From assembly GCA_037445065.1 (NCBI GenBank), contig JBBILD010000003.1, positions 173,190-237,189 of the forward strand: a stretch of DNA of 64,000 nucleotides, in the 5' to 3' direction. This stretch comes from Myxococcales bacterium. Lineage in GTDB: Bacteria > Desulfobacterota > Binatia > HRBIN30. Of the stretch, positions 1 to 9,812 are shown one piece after another. Both the position numbers and the translations under genes were made by a program. The notes beneath the pieces are model-generated. The model was not told the origin of the DNA. It worked only from the letters and a program-made list of their open reading frames with translations, and ran no database searches. The first letter of the stretch is position 1. The number at the start of each line of letters is the position of its first letter.

Positions 1-1516
1 TGATGAGTTGCGGGATGAGCAGGACCGTGAGGTAGAACACCGTCAGGCTTTGTTGCGCGGTGAACTGGACTCGGGATGCCCGGATGCCGCGAGGCCGAAT
101 CGACACCAGATCGCTTTCCCCGACGAGCCATCCGACCGCGTTGAGCAAGAGGTCGCGGTTGAAGTACGTACCGTCCAGCTCCCGATTCGACGCGAACTCA
201 ATACTGCCGAACGCAACCACTCGAACCGTTCCTTCCTTGTCCTTGCCTAAGTCTTTGAGGCTGGCTTCGGCTGCTGCGGCCACAGAGACCGGTCCCTTGG
301 TGTCTGCGCTGGGATCGAGGCTTGCTTCGCCGCGCTGGAAGACTCCGTCCAGGTCGGTCTCTGCCCAGCTGGACGGGCTAGTCTTGACGAGGTCCACCGC
401 CGTAATTCCGGTTTTCCCGGCCGCGTCCGCCTTGACCGTGCGCGTCATCGGGAACACAGTGCGTTGGCGAAAATCGCGAGTGATCTCGTGCACGCCGTAG
501 GTATTTGCCAGCGGCGTCAAGCCCAGAGCCGGTCCCTGGAAAAGTCGCACGACCTGGTCGACGACAACGTCGTTGCCCAGCTTGATTCCCCACTTGGCTA
601 GCAGAGGTTCGAACTGATTCCCGGTCCGTGGCGGCACCAGAAATAGAGCCCGACCACTGTTCTCGAGGTAGGACTCGAGCGCTTGCATTTCATGGTCTAG
701 AAAAGGCTTTTGTGGCCCGGCAACGACAACCAGAGAACAGTCAGATGGAATCGTTGCCTCTGCGGCGAGTAACACCTTTTTGACTTCGTAGTTTTCGTTC
801 GTGAGTGCGTTGCGGAAGCTTGCCAGTCCCTTTGCGCTCTGTACGTCGTCGAGGTCCGGCTCGCCGTGACCTTCGATGACGCAAACGACTTTTTTTGTCG
901 TTCGGGTGACTTTGATGATCGCGTTCGTGAGGTTCTCTTCGGTTGGCTGGGTGACCATGGTGCTCTCGTTGCCGTATTCCACTCGTACCGTGTTGTAGGT
1001 GCGCACCTGGTACTTCTCAGCCAGTTCGGGCCGTTTATCGGGATCAATGAGTTCGAAGGAAACTTTGTCCGAGTAGCGGGCGTAATTTGCCAGCAAGTCC
1101 CGCAGTTCCGGATTGATTCCACCCTCCACGAAGGCAAGGAGCTTCAGGTTGTCCTTAAGGTTTTTGACGACATTCACGGACTGCTCGGACAAGCTGTAGA
1201 CCTTCTGTTCGGTGAGGTCGAATCGCTTGCTATGCCGCACTCCTAAGTAATTCAGGACACCTAAGATCGCGAGAAAGACCACGGAGCCGATCACGACGTT
1301 CGTCCCGTATCGTGTCGAGCGTTCCGTGACCATAGTGCGGAACTGCTCCAGCCCCGCGCTCACGTAGGCAATGAGGCAGAAGAGACCACCGACTGCATTG
1401 GCGACGACATAAGCGAGGTCAATCGTTGTCTGTAGGCCGGTGAACGCGGCGGCCAGTGCGGCGAAGGTCAGCAATACCAAGCCAATCAGACCAAAGAGGG
1501 CGTTATTACGACGCAC
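1..1516 (-). CDS. GldG-like ABC transporter auxiliary component (3' end runs off the window)
   Basis: Absent from the ORF track because there is no stop in the window. Hand translation from GTG at 1516 gives MRRNNALFGLIGLVLL...RYGTNVVIGSVVFLAILGVLNYLGVRHSKRFDLTEQKVYSLS, and the window edge reads SIRPRGIRASRVQFT plus a TM helix. It directly follows the GldA/GldF-like genes. Confidence 0.85.
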   Translation of the reverse strand, partial: MRRNNALFGLIGLVLLTFAALAAAFTGLQTTIDLAYVVANAVGGLFCLIAYVSAGLEQFRTMVTERSTRYGTNVVIGSVVFLAILGVLNYLGVRHSKRFDLTEQKVYSLSEQSVNVVKNLKDNLKLLAFVEGGINPELRDLLANYARYSDKVSFELIDPDKRPELAEKYQVRTYNTVRVEYGNESTMVTQPTEENLTNAIIKVTRTTKKVVCVIEGHGEPDLDDVQSAKGLASFRNALTNENYEVKKVLLAAEATIPSDCSLVVVAGPQKPFLDHEMQALESYLENSGRALFLVPPRTGNQFEPLLAKWGIKLGNDVVVDQVVRLFQGPALGLTPLANTYGVHEITRDFRQRTVFPMTRTVKADAAGKTGITAVDLVKTSPSSWAETDLDGVFQRGEASLDPSADTKGPVSVAAAAEASLKDLGKDKEGTVRVVAFGSIEFASNRELDGTYFNRDLLLNAVGWLVGESDLVSIRPRGIRASRVQFTAQQSLTVFYLTVLLIPQLI

Positions 1517-1519
1517 CGC

Positions 1520-2293
1520 TTACCTCCAGCGTACCGATTCCACGGAGCGATGGGTCAGGTACAGCGTTCCGACAATGAGGCTCGCGAAATACACCAGGTC
1601 CTTGGTTTCGATGACGCCGCGGACCATTTCCGAGAAGTGCTCTGTCACGGACAGGTACTTCAGCACTGCTGCCAACGTCGCTCCCGCTGTCTCGGCCGGC
1701 CAAGAGATCACGTACAGGAGTAGCAGGACAATGAGGCAGCTCACGGCGGCGACGATCTGGTTGTCAGTAAACGAGGACGTCAAAAGCCCGACGCTGGCGA
1801 AGGAGACGGCCAAGAGAAAGAGCCCGAGGTAACCAGAGAGGATCATGCCCACCTCCGGGTTACCCCAGAGCAGGAGGATGGCTGGGTAAACCGCGGTGAG
1901 CGACAGCATGATGACCAAGAAGGTTACCACCCCGAGAAACTTCCCGAGAACAATCTCGGCAATGGATAGCGGCGACGTCAACAACAATTCGTACGTGCCC
2001 GCTCGTTTTTCCTCCGCAAAGGAACGCATGGTGATGACCGGAATGAGGATGATGAGCACTACAGAGAGGTTCCCTAACAAGGGAGCCACGACCATTTCAT
2101 TCAGGTTGAGGCGCATCTGCACTTCAGCACTGCGGAAACCCATGTAAATCTGGACCAAGAAGTTGAAGCGGTTCAGCAAGTTAAAGAAGAACCAACCGCC
2201 GAGCAGCATGAAGCCGGTCAACACGACGTAGGCGATTGGCGAAACGAATGCTGAGCGCAGTTCCTTGCCGGCAATCGTGAAGGCGTTCTTCAT
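1520..2293 (-). CDS. ABC transporter permease, GldF-like
   Basis: KELRSAFVSPIAY, TMRSFAEEKRAGTYELLLTSP and IVLGKFLG motifs; about 6 TM segments. Confidence 0.9.
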   Translation of the reverse strand: MKNAFTIAGKELRSAFVSPIAYVVLTGFMLLGGWFFFNLLNRFNFLVQIYMGFRSAEVQMRLNLNEMVVAPLLGNLSVVLIILIPVITMRSFAEEKRAGTYELLLTSPLSIAEIVLGKFLGVVTFLVIMLSLTAVYPAILLLWGNPEVGMILSGYLGLFLLAVSFASVGLLTSSFTDNQIVAAVSCLIVLLLLYVISWPAETAGATLAAVLKYLSVTEHFSEMVRGVIETKDLVYFASLIVGTLYLTHRSVESVRWR

Positions 2294-3036
2294 GATCCCG
2301 CCTCCTGTGCCGGGCCCTGTACCACCGCGTTGTCTTGCGTGATGTAATGCAAAAAAACCTGCTCGAGCGATGTTCCCCGCGTGAGCGTCTCCAGCATTTC
2401 CTCCACGACGATTCGTCCTTGGTTGATGATCACCACCTTGTCACATAACTGCGTGACCTCGGGCAGAATGTGGGTCGAGAGAATCACCGTGCGGTTGCTC
2501 GCCAGTTCTTTGATCAAGGATCGAATGTCGATAATTTGTCTCGGGTCGAGTCCGATGGTCGGCTCGTCTAAGACGAGCACGTCCGGATTGTGAATCATCG
2601 CTTGTGCGAGTCCGACGCGCTGGCGGTATCCCTTCGACAAGTGCCCGATGACCCGCTGCGGGACGTCGGTCAGGCCGCATGCGCGCAAGACCCGATCCAC
2701 CGCGTCGTTGAGCTCCGCTTTTGCTACGCCCCTGATCCGCCCCACAAACCGCAGGTAACTCAGTACCGTCATGTCGTTATAAAGCGGCGGGTTCTCGGGT
2801 AGGTAGCCAATTCGCTTGCGGCACTCGTACGAGTGCTCGAAGATGTCGAAACCGGCGATTTTTACAGTGCCGCTGGTAGCTGGCATGAACCCCGTGATCA
2901 CGCGCATCGTGGTGGTCTTGCCCGCACCGTTGGGACCGAGGAACCCGAGGATCTGGCCCTTGGCAGCAGTAAAACTGATGTTCGAGACCGCCACCAAGTC
3001 ACCGTAGCGCTTAGTAAGATTCTTGACCTCGATCAT
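2290..3036 (-). CDS. ABC transporter ATP-binding protein, GldA-like
   Basis: Walker A GPNGAGKTT, signature LSKGYRQR, Walker B VLVLDEPT, H-loop STH. Confidence 0.95.
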   Translation of the reverse strand: MIEVKNLTKRYGDLVAVSNISFTAAKGQILGFLGPNGAGKTTTMRVITGFMPATSGTVKIAGFDIFEHSYECRKRIGYLPENPPLYNDMTVLSYLRFVGRIRGVAKAELNDAVDRVLRACGLTDVPQRVIGHLSKGYRQRVGLAQAMIHNPDVLVLDEPTIGLDPRQIIDIRSLIKELASNRTVILSTHILPEVTQLCDKVVIINQGRIVVEEMLETLTRGTSLEQVFLHYITQDNAVVQGPAQEAGS

Positions 3037-3101
3037 GGGTGTTGCCCTATGACGACTTTTTCCGGAAAAGATTCAAGGGCAAAAGAAAAAATGCGGCGCG
3101 C

Positions 3102-3130
3102 TAAATAGTCACCACTTGGCGCGCTGTCAA
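3102..3130 (-). promoter_or_regulatory. sigma70-type promoter for the ABC operon
   Basis: Minus strand TTGACA-17 nt-TATTTA, about 65 nt upstream of the ATPase start. Confidence 0.55.
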
Positions 3131-3179
3131 CGCTAGGGCGCGCTCTAGGCCGTTCCTGGGCGTCGCCGTTTAGATGCGT

Positions 3180-4568
3180 TTAGATGCGCAATCGCTCCCA
3201 CCGGTTTCCGGCAAAGCGCCAGGATTTGAGCGCGGCCCGTGCCACGTAGTCACCGATGAGGGCGAACCAGAGCCAGAAGAGGTTCCATTCGAGTACGTGG
3301 GTGACCAGGTATCCACAGCCGAGACGTAAGCCGTAGAACCCGAGAAACACGGCGAGCAAGGGGAAACGGGTATCTCCAGCTCCCCGCAGCGCGCCGCCCA
3401 GCGTAAAATCAATGGCCATAAAGGGTTGCGACAGGCCCAGTGCCCAGATGAACCACACGGTGTCGCGAATCACCTCGGCTTCAGCAACGAACAGCGATGC
3501 GATGTGTGTCGCAAAAGCAATAATGATCAAGCCCAACGCAGACATAAGGTACACCGACAGCCAGTTCGAGGTCCAGCCAGCGCGCCGTGCCAGCGCGGGT
3601 TGGTGGGCTCCGAGATTTTGCCCGACCAAGGCGGCAGCCGCCGCTGCGAAGCCATATCCGGGTAAGAAGGACATGGCGAGAATGCGAACCCCGATGAAGT
3701 AAGCGGCAATGGCACTGGTCCCGTAACGAGCTGCGAAGACGAGATAGATGAAGAACCCGATCTGCATCAGGATTTGCTCGATCGCGGTGGGGTAGCCAAT
3801 GCGTAGTACGCGCCGGATCAAGGTGAAGTCTGGGCGCAAGTGGTAAGGCTCTAAGCGTAACGCAAGTTCCCCTCGCGCCAGCAATGCGAGCGACAGAATC
3901 AGCCCTACGCTGAACGAGATTGTTGTTGCCAGAGCCGACCCGCGCACGCCGAGGGCAGGGAAACCGAAGTGGCCGAAGATCAGCACGTAGTTTCCCGCGA
4001 CGTTGAGGAGGTTGACGATCGCGCCGATCCACAGCGGGGTGCGTGTGTCTCCAGCTGCGCGCAGGGCGGATCCGATCACAAACAACATCGCGGATTGGGG
4101 GATCGAAAGCATGACGATGCGCGTAAACGACGCAGCAAGTTCTCGCACTTCGGGCTGGATGCCGAACCAAGCCACGATGTGCGTGGCAAAGGCGATGACA
4201 GGTAAGATGCAAACAAGGGACAGCGCGGCACTGGCGAGAATGGATTGCCCCAGCACGCGCGCGGCGGCCTGGCGATCGCCCGCGCCCACGAAGCGTGCGA
4301 CCAGTGCTAGCGTGCCGGTACCGACCGCCGTCATCGCAACGCTAACGCTGTTGAGCACCTGGGTCCCCACGCCGACAGCCGCGACTGCGTTCGCACCAAG
4401 CCGGCCGACCATGAGCGTGTCCACAAGGCCGACCAACGAGTCCATTAAGAAGGTCACGATTACTGGCCAAGCAAGGGTCCAGATGGTGAGAACAAGTTCC
4501 TGTTGGCTCAACTCCCGAGTGCGCTGCTGCGGGAGAGCCACAGAACTAGGGGGGAAATCGCCGTCCAT
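3180..4568 (-). CDS. MATE family efflux transporter
   Basis: LAWP, DTLMVGRLG, two ALR(A/G)AGDTR repeats, GQNLGA, about 12 TM. Start moved to ATG 4568 to avoid overlap with the upstream gene. Confidence 0.92.
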   Translation of the reverse strand: MDGDFPPSSVALPQQRTRELSQQELVLTIWTLAWPVIVTFLMDSLVGLVDTLMVGRLGANAVAAVGVGTQVLNSVSVAMTAVGTGTLALVARFVGAGDRQAAARVLGQSILASAALSLVCILPVIAFATHIVAWFGIQPEVRELAASFTRIVMLSIPQSAMLFVIGSALRAAGDTRTPLWIGAIVNLLNVAGNYVLIFGHFGFPALGVRGSALATTISFSVGLILSLALLARGELALRLEPYHLRPDFTLIRRVLRIGYPTAIEQILMQIGFFIYLVFAARYGTSAIAAYFIGVRILAMSFLPGYGFAAAAAALVGQNLGAHQPALARRAGWTSNWLSVYLMSALGLIIIAFATHIASLFVAEAEVIRDTVWFIWALGLSQPFMAIDFTLGGALRGAGDTRFPLLAVFLGFYGLRLGCGYLVTHVLEWNLFWLWFALIGDYVARAALKSWRFAGNRWERLRI

Positions 4569-4614
4569 TCCTGAATTGGTGGAGCAGAAGTTGAGGACTC
4601 GAGAGGGTTGGAAT

Positions 4615-4974
4615 CTAACGCGGAGAAGCCAATGGCTCCCGCTGTGGCGGCCTCTTGCCGACGCTTCCAACGTAAGTCCAAGCGCGGAACGCACGCTGAC
4701 GTCGGCCACCCAGGACTCTTACTTGCACGCGGTGGTAAAACTCACCTTCCTCTTCATAGGCGTCGAGCCGTTGCAGCGACTCGGGATCCACACCCAGGAG
4801 AAGCAGCCCGGCCACGAACTTCCCATCGGCGGGAAGGATGTAAGGGTAGCGGCCGGGCTCTTCGTACCGGCGGAAGCCAGGCAAGGTTGCTCGTACACTC
4901 CGGAAGGTGTGGCCCGTCACAGCTTGCACCACGGATTGGTTCGTCAGGGAGCCATAAACGAACACGTGAGCCAT
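4615..4974 (-). CDS. gamma-glutamylcyclotransferase (AIG2-like) family protein
   Basis: VFVYGSL at the N-terminus, YPYI, and RLDAYEEEG...YHRVQV; start at ATG 4974. Confidence 0.85.
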   Translation of the reverse strand: MAHVFVYGSLTNQSVVQAVTGHTFRSVRATLPGFRRYEEPGRYPYILPADGKFVAGLLLLGVDPESLQRLDAYEEEGEFYHRVQVRVLGGRRQRAFRAWTYVGSVGKRPPQREPLASPR

Positions 4975-4978
4975 GGTG

Positions 4979-5668
4979 CTAGTAGCCCATGAAACGCAAA
5001 AAGTCCTGCAAGCGGCCAAATCGTAAAAAAGGGTTGCGTCGTTTCTGTTCGCCGATGGTCGAAGTTGGAGCGGAGGCGTAGTTATGACCAGGGTACAGAA
5101 TCGTGTCATCTGGCAAGCGTGCGAGTTTGTTGACGAGGCTTTCGTACATTTGCGTGGGATCACTGCCAGGTAAGTCCACCCGGCCACAACTGCCGATGAA
5201 CAGAGTGTCTCCGGAGATGAGGGAACCGTCTACGAGAAAGCACTGAGAGCCAGGCGTGTGTCCGGGCGTGTGCAGGAACTGCACTTGCAATGTACCGAGA
5301 GCCAATGTCTCGCCTCCTTCGGTCGGGTGGATGTCACTCCTGGACAGGCCCGCGATCCGATTCGCAAACTCGGCCTCTGACTTGTGGAGATACACCTTGA
5401 CGGGGAAGTTGCGCTCTAACAGCTCCGCAGCTCCCTGAATGTGCTGTCCAAACAATTTGCCCCCGAGGTGATCCGGGTGAAAGTGTGTTACCAGAATGGC
5501 CTTCAGTTGTAAGTCGTGCTTGGCCAAAGCGTCGGTGATGAGGTCAATGTTCCAAGCAGGGTCGACCACAACCGCCTGACGTGTCTCTGCGTCCGCGACG
5601 ATGTATACAAAGTTCTGCATGGGGCCAATTTCGAGCTGGCGGATGCGCAGATTCATGGACGGACTCAC
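4979..5668 (-). CDS. MBL-fold metallo-hydrolase (glyoxalase II-like)
   Basis: THFHPDH, HTPGHTPGS, GDTLF, PGH. Confidence 0.9.
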   Translation of the reverse strand: MSPSMNLRIRQLEIGPMQNFVYIVADAETRQAVVVDPAWNIDLITDALAKHDLQLKAILVTHFHPDHLGGKLFGQHIQGAAELLERNFPVKVYLHKSEAEFANRIAGLSRSDIHPTEGGETLALGTLQVQFLHTPGHTPGSQCFLVDGSLISGDTLFIGSCGRVDLPGSDPTQMYESLVNKLARLPDDTILYPGHNYASAPTSTIGEQKRRNPFLRFGRLQDFLRFMGY

Positions 5669-6297
5669 TTCTGTGCCTCCTTGCTGCCTCGCTTCTTATG
5701 TCGCTCGTGAGATTTTAACCCTCGCTGCCACAGGAACTCCGGCTCGCCGGCCTGTTTCCCGCTCCAGCGGGCAAGCACGAACAGCAGGTCACTGAGCCGA
5801 TTCAAGTAACGCAGGGGCCAGTCGCCGACGTTTTCCTCGCGGCTCAATCGCAGAACGAGCCGTTCCGCGCGCCTGCATACCGTGCGCGCTTGGTGGAGGA
5901 AGGCGCTCACCTTTCCCCCACCGGGAAGCACAAAGGAGTTGAGCGGTTCGAGGTCCTTTTGCAGTTCATCCATGAGTTGTTCCAGAGCCCTGACCTCGCT
6001 TGGCCCGACACGGAACATCCCCTCGTAAGCAGCCTCATTGGGGGTGGCAAGTTCGCTACCCAAATCGAAGAGTTCGTTTTGAAGGCGCCGCAAAATTTCC
6101 TCGAGGCGATCACGCCCTTCTTCGCGCTTGCGATCCAAGTTAAACGCCCGCGCGATGCCGATGACAGAGTTGAGTTCGTCCAATGTGCCATAAGCCTCGA
6201 TTCGAGGTGTGTCCTTCGCCACGCGCTTGCCGCCCACCAGCGCAGTTTCCCCGCGGTCACCGGTACGGGTGTAAACTCGTGTGATGCGGATTGCCAT
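5665..6297 (-). CDS. pduO: ATP:cob(I)alamin adenosyltransferase, PduO type
   Basis: YTRTGDRGET, GTLDELNS, ARTVCRRAER, YLNRLSDLLF. Confidence 0.93.
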   Translation of the reverse strand: MAIRITRVYTRTGDRGETALVGGKRVAKDTPRIEAYGTLDELNSVIGIARAFNLDRKREEGRDRLEEILRRLQNELFDLGSELATPNEAAYEGMFRVGPSEVRALEQLMDELQKDLEPLNSFVLPGGGKVSAFLHQARTVCRRAERLVLRLSREENVGDWPLRYLNRLSDLLFVLARWSGKQAGEPEFLWQRGLKSHERHKKRGSKEAQK

Positions 6298-6347
6298 GAA
6301 CCAAGCCCTCGTCGAGACGGTCGTCTAGCGAAAGCAGCAGCCTTCGC

Positions 6348-6866
6348 TCAATGTGGTAGTTGCAGCTCTACTCGATCATCCGGCCTCGCCGGTGGTACCG
6401 AAATGACCAGTGCGAGGGAGCCCTGGTGGTCCGTGTTGCGGAACGCGTGTGCCACGCCTCTCTCGATGAACACCACATCGCCAGCGCGCATGGGAAAAGA
6501 TTGTGCTCCGAGCCGGATGACCCCTTTCCCCCTTGCCAAGAAGACAATGAGGTCGTGATCCACGTGTTTATGCAGCGTCTCAGCTCCGTACACGAAAATT
6601 CGTTGCAAAAGAGCTGTTTGGCTGCGCTGCAAGGGCAGCGCCACAATGTCTCTCCGCTCGGCGGGGCGGATCGGGGCTGCGCTCAGCTCGTGCACGGTAA
6701 CCTCATTTGAGTAGGCGACGATGGCGCGTGGCTTGGCGCCCACGCAGCCGGTTACCGTACCCAACAGTAGTACCATTCCACACACGTACAGTACCTGGCG
6801 GACCCAAGGTGCCCTCGCAAAGATGGAGACCGTCGCGGTCCTGCGCGAAGTGCGTCGTCGGGCCAT
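6348..6866 (-). CDS. cupin domain protein, probable lipoprotein
   Basis: HKH...GKG and GDVVFIERGVAHAFRN cupin motifs; hydrophobic stretch ending in lipobox-like VTGC. Confidence 0.75.
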   Translation of the reverse strand: MARRRTSRRTATVSIFARAPWVRQVLYVCGMVLLLGTVTGCVGAKPRAIVAYSNEVTVHELSAAPIRPAERRDIVALPLQRSQTALLQRIFVYGAETLHKHVDHDLIVFLARGKGVIRLGAQSFPMRAGDVVFIERGVAHAFRNTDHQGSLALVISVPPARPDDRVELQLPH

Positions 6867-6874
6867 TGCTCGAA

Positions 6875-7798
6875 TCAGCGGTACGACGGGTGGTTGTCTC
6901 GTGTGAGCTTTGTGTGCGGGGGAACTGATTCGACGATCCAGAGATTGCCACCGATCACCGAGCCCTCTCCGATCACGGTGTCGCCGCCCAAAATCGTGGC
7001 ACCGGAATAGATTGTCACATTGTCTTCGATCGTTGGATGGCGTTTGCGGTTGCGCAACAAGACTCCGTCTGCGTCCCGCGGAATACTGAGGGCTCCTAGT
7101 GTCACGCCCTGGTAAAGCTTGACGTTATTGCCAATGACACTGGTTTCGCCGATGACCACGCCGGTGCCGTGGTCGATAAAGAAGCTCCGGCCAATGCGGG
7201 CCCCAGGGTGGATATCGATCCCGGTCTCGCTGTGCGCGTATTCGGAGAGGATACGGGGGATGATGGGCACTTGCTCCAAGTACAGCTCGTGCGCAATCCG
7301 GTGCGTCGTGATTGCCTGGATGCCAGGGTAGCTAAAAATGATTTCTTCAACGCTTTTGGCGGCTGGGTCGCCTGCAAACGCGGCCAGAACGTCCAGGTTC
7401 AGCAACTCGCGCAGGTGGGGAAGCTTGTTGAGTAAGCGCAGCACAACGTCCTCTGCCCAACTTGGCTCGCGGGGTACGCTTTCTCGCGCACACAGTTGTT
7501 CCCAGCGCTGCGCTCGGGCAATCTGTTCGACCAGGATCTCATAGGCTGGGTACAAGTGCTCACTGAGCGCGTACCGCAAGTTTCCTTTGGTTAGCGGCCG
7601 CGTACTGTAAAAGCCCATGTAGATCGCGTGCTTGAGATGCTGGAGAGCCTCGATCACGGCACGGCGGTTGGGGAGTGCGGCGCTCTCTAAGCTGTCGATC
7701 TCGTGGGTGCCGTCGTAACTGGCGACCACCGCATCCACGATGCGCTCAAGTTCGTCGTAACGCTTGGGCGGCACGGCCCCGCGAGTCATGCTCCGCAC
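6875..7798 (-). CDS. cysE: serine O-acetyltransferase (long CysE/EpsC type)
   Basis: GDPAAKS, YPG, TGIDIHPGARIG, FFIDHGTGVVIGET, KRHPTIED. Confidence 0.93.
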   Translation of the reverse strand: MRSMTRGAVPPKRYDELERIVDAVVASYDGTHEIDSLESAALPNRRAVIEALQHLKHAIYMGFYSTRPLTKGNLRYALSEHLYPAYEILVEQIARAQRWEQLCARESVPREPSWAEDVVLRLLNKLPHLRELLNLDVLAAFAGDPAAKSVEEIIFSYPGIQAITTHRIAHELYLEQVPIIPRILSEYAHSETGIDIHPGARIGRSFFIDHGTGVVIGETSVIGNNVKLYQGVTLGALSIPRDADGVLLRNRKRHPTIEDNVTIYSGATILGGDTVIGEGSVIGGNLWIVESVPPHTKLTRDNHPSYR

Positions 7799-7859
7799 CT
7801 AAGGCAGCGGAATGCACAGTGCAAGTGGGTTGAGTTCACGGTCGTGGAGGTGGGTGCGG

Positions 7860-8633
7860 TCAGAAAGCGTCTTTCAGAGCCCGCACCTTGGCAAAGACCG
7901 CGACGATGTCGTCGCCCACGGTCGGATCTAAGCGCCGCACCGTGGCCCTGAGCTCTTCGCTCCAGCACCGCAAAAACGGGTTTGTCGCCTTTTCTTCCGC
8001 GATCGTCGTGGGCACCGTGGGCAGGCCGTGCCGCCTGAGTTCGAGAACACGCGCGTATTTCTCTTGAAGAGTACGATTGTGCGGCTCGAGGGTCAAGGCA
8101 AATTCCAAATTTTTTTGGGTGTATTCGTGGCCGCAGTAGACTTGGGTCTCAGGCGGCAGAGCACTCAAGCGTTCGAGAGAGCGCAGCATCGTAGCCGCAT
8201 CCCCTTCGAAGAGGCGGCCACAACCGCCGGCGAAGAGCGTGTCGCCTGTGAACAGCACTCCGGGCCGTTCGAAATAATACGCGACATGCCCACTGGTGTG
8301 CGCGGGAATGAACAGCACACGTGCGGTCAAGTTGCCGATGGCCACGCATCCTCCGTCATCCACCTCCTCATTCGCCCCAGGGATGCGGCGCGACTCACCG
8401 CGAAGCGCGATCACTCGAAGCGGCTTGAAGCGAAGCAAATCGTTATTCCCCCCGACGTGATCGAAGTGGTGGTGCGTGGGCAAGATGGCAACGAGGTCCG
8501 CCTTTTGCCGCTCGACCTCGTCCAGGACCGGCCCGGCCTCGGCACAGTCGATCACGGCTGCTTGATTCGTTTCTCGGTCAATGACCAGGTAGGCGTAGTT
8601 ATCGCGTAATTGGGGAATCGGGATCACTTTCAT
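7860..8633 (-). CDS. gloB: hydroxyacylglutathione hydrolase (glyoxalase II)
   Basis: DNYAYL, THHHFDHVGG, GDTLFAGGCGRLFEG, CGHEYT, EKATNPFLR. Confidence 0.93.
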   Translation of the reverse strand: MKVIPIPQLRDNYAYLVIDRETNQAAVIDCAEAGPVLDEVERQKADLVAILPTHHHFDHVGGNNDLLRFKPLRVIALRGESRRIPGANEEVDDGGCVAIGNLTARVLFIPAHTSGHVAYYFERPGVLFTGDTLFAGGCGRLFEGDAATMLRSLERLSALPPETQVYCGHEYTQKNLEFALTLEPHNRTLQEKYARVLELRRHGLPTVPTTIAEEKATNPFLRCWSEELRATVRRLDPTVGDDIVAVFAKVRALKDAF

Positions 8634-9685
8634 TCTGGGTTCTCGGACTCCTTTGATTCATCACTGGCCGCCGTGCGCCGAAGGCCCAGGATTTCCTCGA
8701 CGTGCCGTACGCGTTGGAGGAGTTCGGGTAGGCGGTGGAGAGCAGCCTCTTGGCGGCGCCAACGGCGAATATCCACCGCCGGTGAGCCGCCCACCGTGCT
8801 GCCAGGTGGCACATTGCTGTGAAGGCCCGACTGTGCGGCGACCTGGGCTCCGTCCCCAACCTCCAAGTGGCCAGCACTGCCGACTTGACCGCCGAGGCGC
8901 ACAAACCGGCCGACTCGGGTGCTGCCGGAAAGGCCGGTTTGTGCGGCAATCACGGATCCCTCACCGATTTGGCAGCCGTGTGCGATCATGACCAGGTTGT
9001 CGATCTTCACGGACCGTCCGATCCTTGTAGCCCCAACTGCTGCGCGATCCACAGTTGTGTTGGCACCGATCTCGACATCGTCCTCGATGATCACTGTTCC
9101 GGCTTGAGTGATCCGCCGGACGGACCCGTCAGCCCGCAACACGAAACCGAACCCATCACCGCCAATGACGCAGCCGCTCTGCAGGGTTACACGATTACCA
9201 ATCACGACCCGTTCGCGCACGGTGACGTGCGCATGCGCTACGAAGTCGTCGCCAATCTGCACCTCGGGGTACAGAACGACGTGAGCGTCCAGGTAGGCAC
9301 GCGCGCCGATCCGAACGCCGGGACCAATGACGGAATACGGTCCGATCGAAGCCTCCGGTCCGATGCTTGCCGTCGGATCAATCACGGCGGTTGGGTGAAT
9401 ACCGGAGAAGCGTGGCGGAGGAACATAAAACAGGTCGAGCGCGCGTGCGAAGGTTTCGTAAGGATCCAAGGCTCGCAGCGTTGGGAGGGAAACCTCACCT
9501 TCGTTTCGTCCGACGATCACGGCGGAGGCACGGGTCTGGGCCAGGTATGGTCGGTAACGCGGGTTGGCGAGGAAAGTGAGATCGCCTCGTTCAGCCTCTT
9601 GGATGGGCATGACCCGGTGAATTTCGACCTCCCCGTCACCTTGAAGTTCGCATCCAAGAATCTCAGCGAGATCGGCTAGCTTCAT
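8630..9685 (-). CDS. lpxD: UDP-3-O-(3-hydroxyacyl)glucosamine N-acyltransferase
   Basis: TFLANPRY, hexapeptide repeats, [27 protein letters not shown]. Confidence 0.96.
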   Translation of the reverse strand: MKLADLAEILGCELQGDGEVEIHRVMPIQEAERGDLTFLANPRYRPYLAQTRASAVIVGRNEGEVSLPTLRALDPYETFARALDLFYVPPPRFSGIHPTAVIDPTASIGPEASIGPYSVIGPGVRIGARAYLDAHVVLYPEVQIGDDFVAHAHVTVRERVVIGNRVTLQSGCVIGGDGFGFVLRADGSVRRITQAGTVIIEDDVEIGANTTVDRAAVGATRIGRSVKIDNLVMIAHGCQIGEGSVIAAQTGLSGSTRVGRFVRLGGQVGSAGHLEVGDGAQVAAQSGLHSNVPPGSTVGGSPAVDIRRWRRQEAALHRLPELLQRVRHVEEILGLRRTAASDESKESENPE

Positions 9686-9812
9686 GCTCGTTCCTTCTAA
9701 GCAGAGAAGCCGTTGCGCCGGTAGCTACGCTCGCGGGCTCAGGCAAAACTTGTGTCCTGTCCCCGGTTCGATTGCTCCTCCGAGGGGGCTGTGTTACAAG
9801 CCGCCGCCGCTT

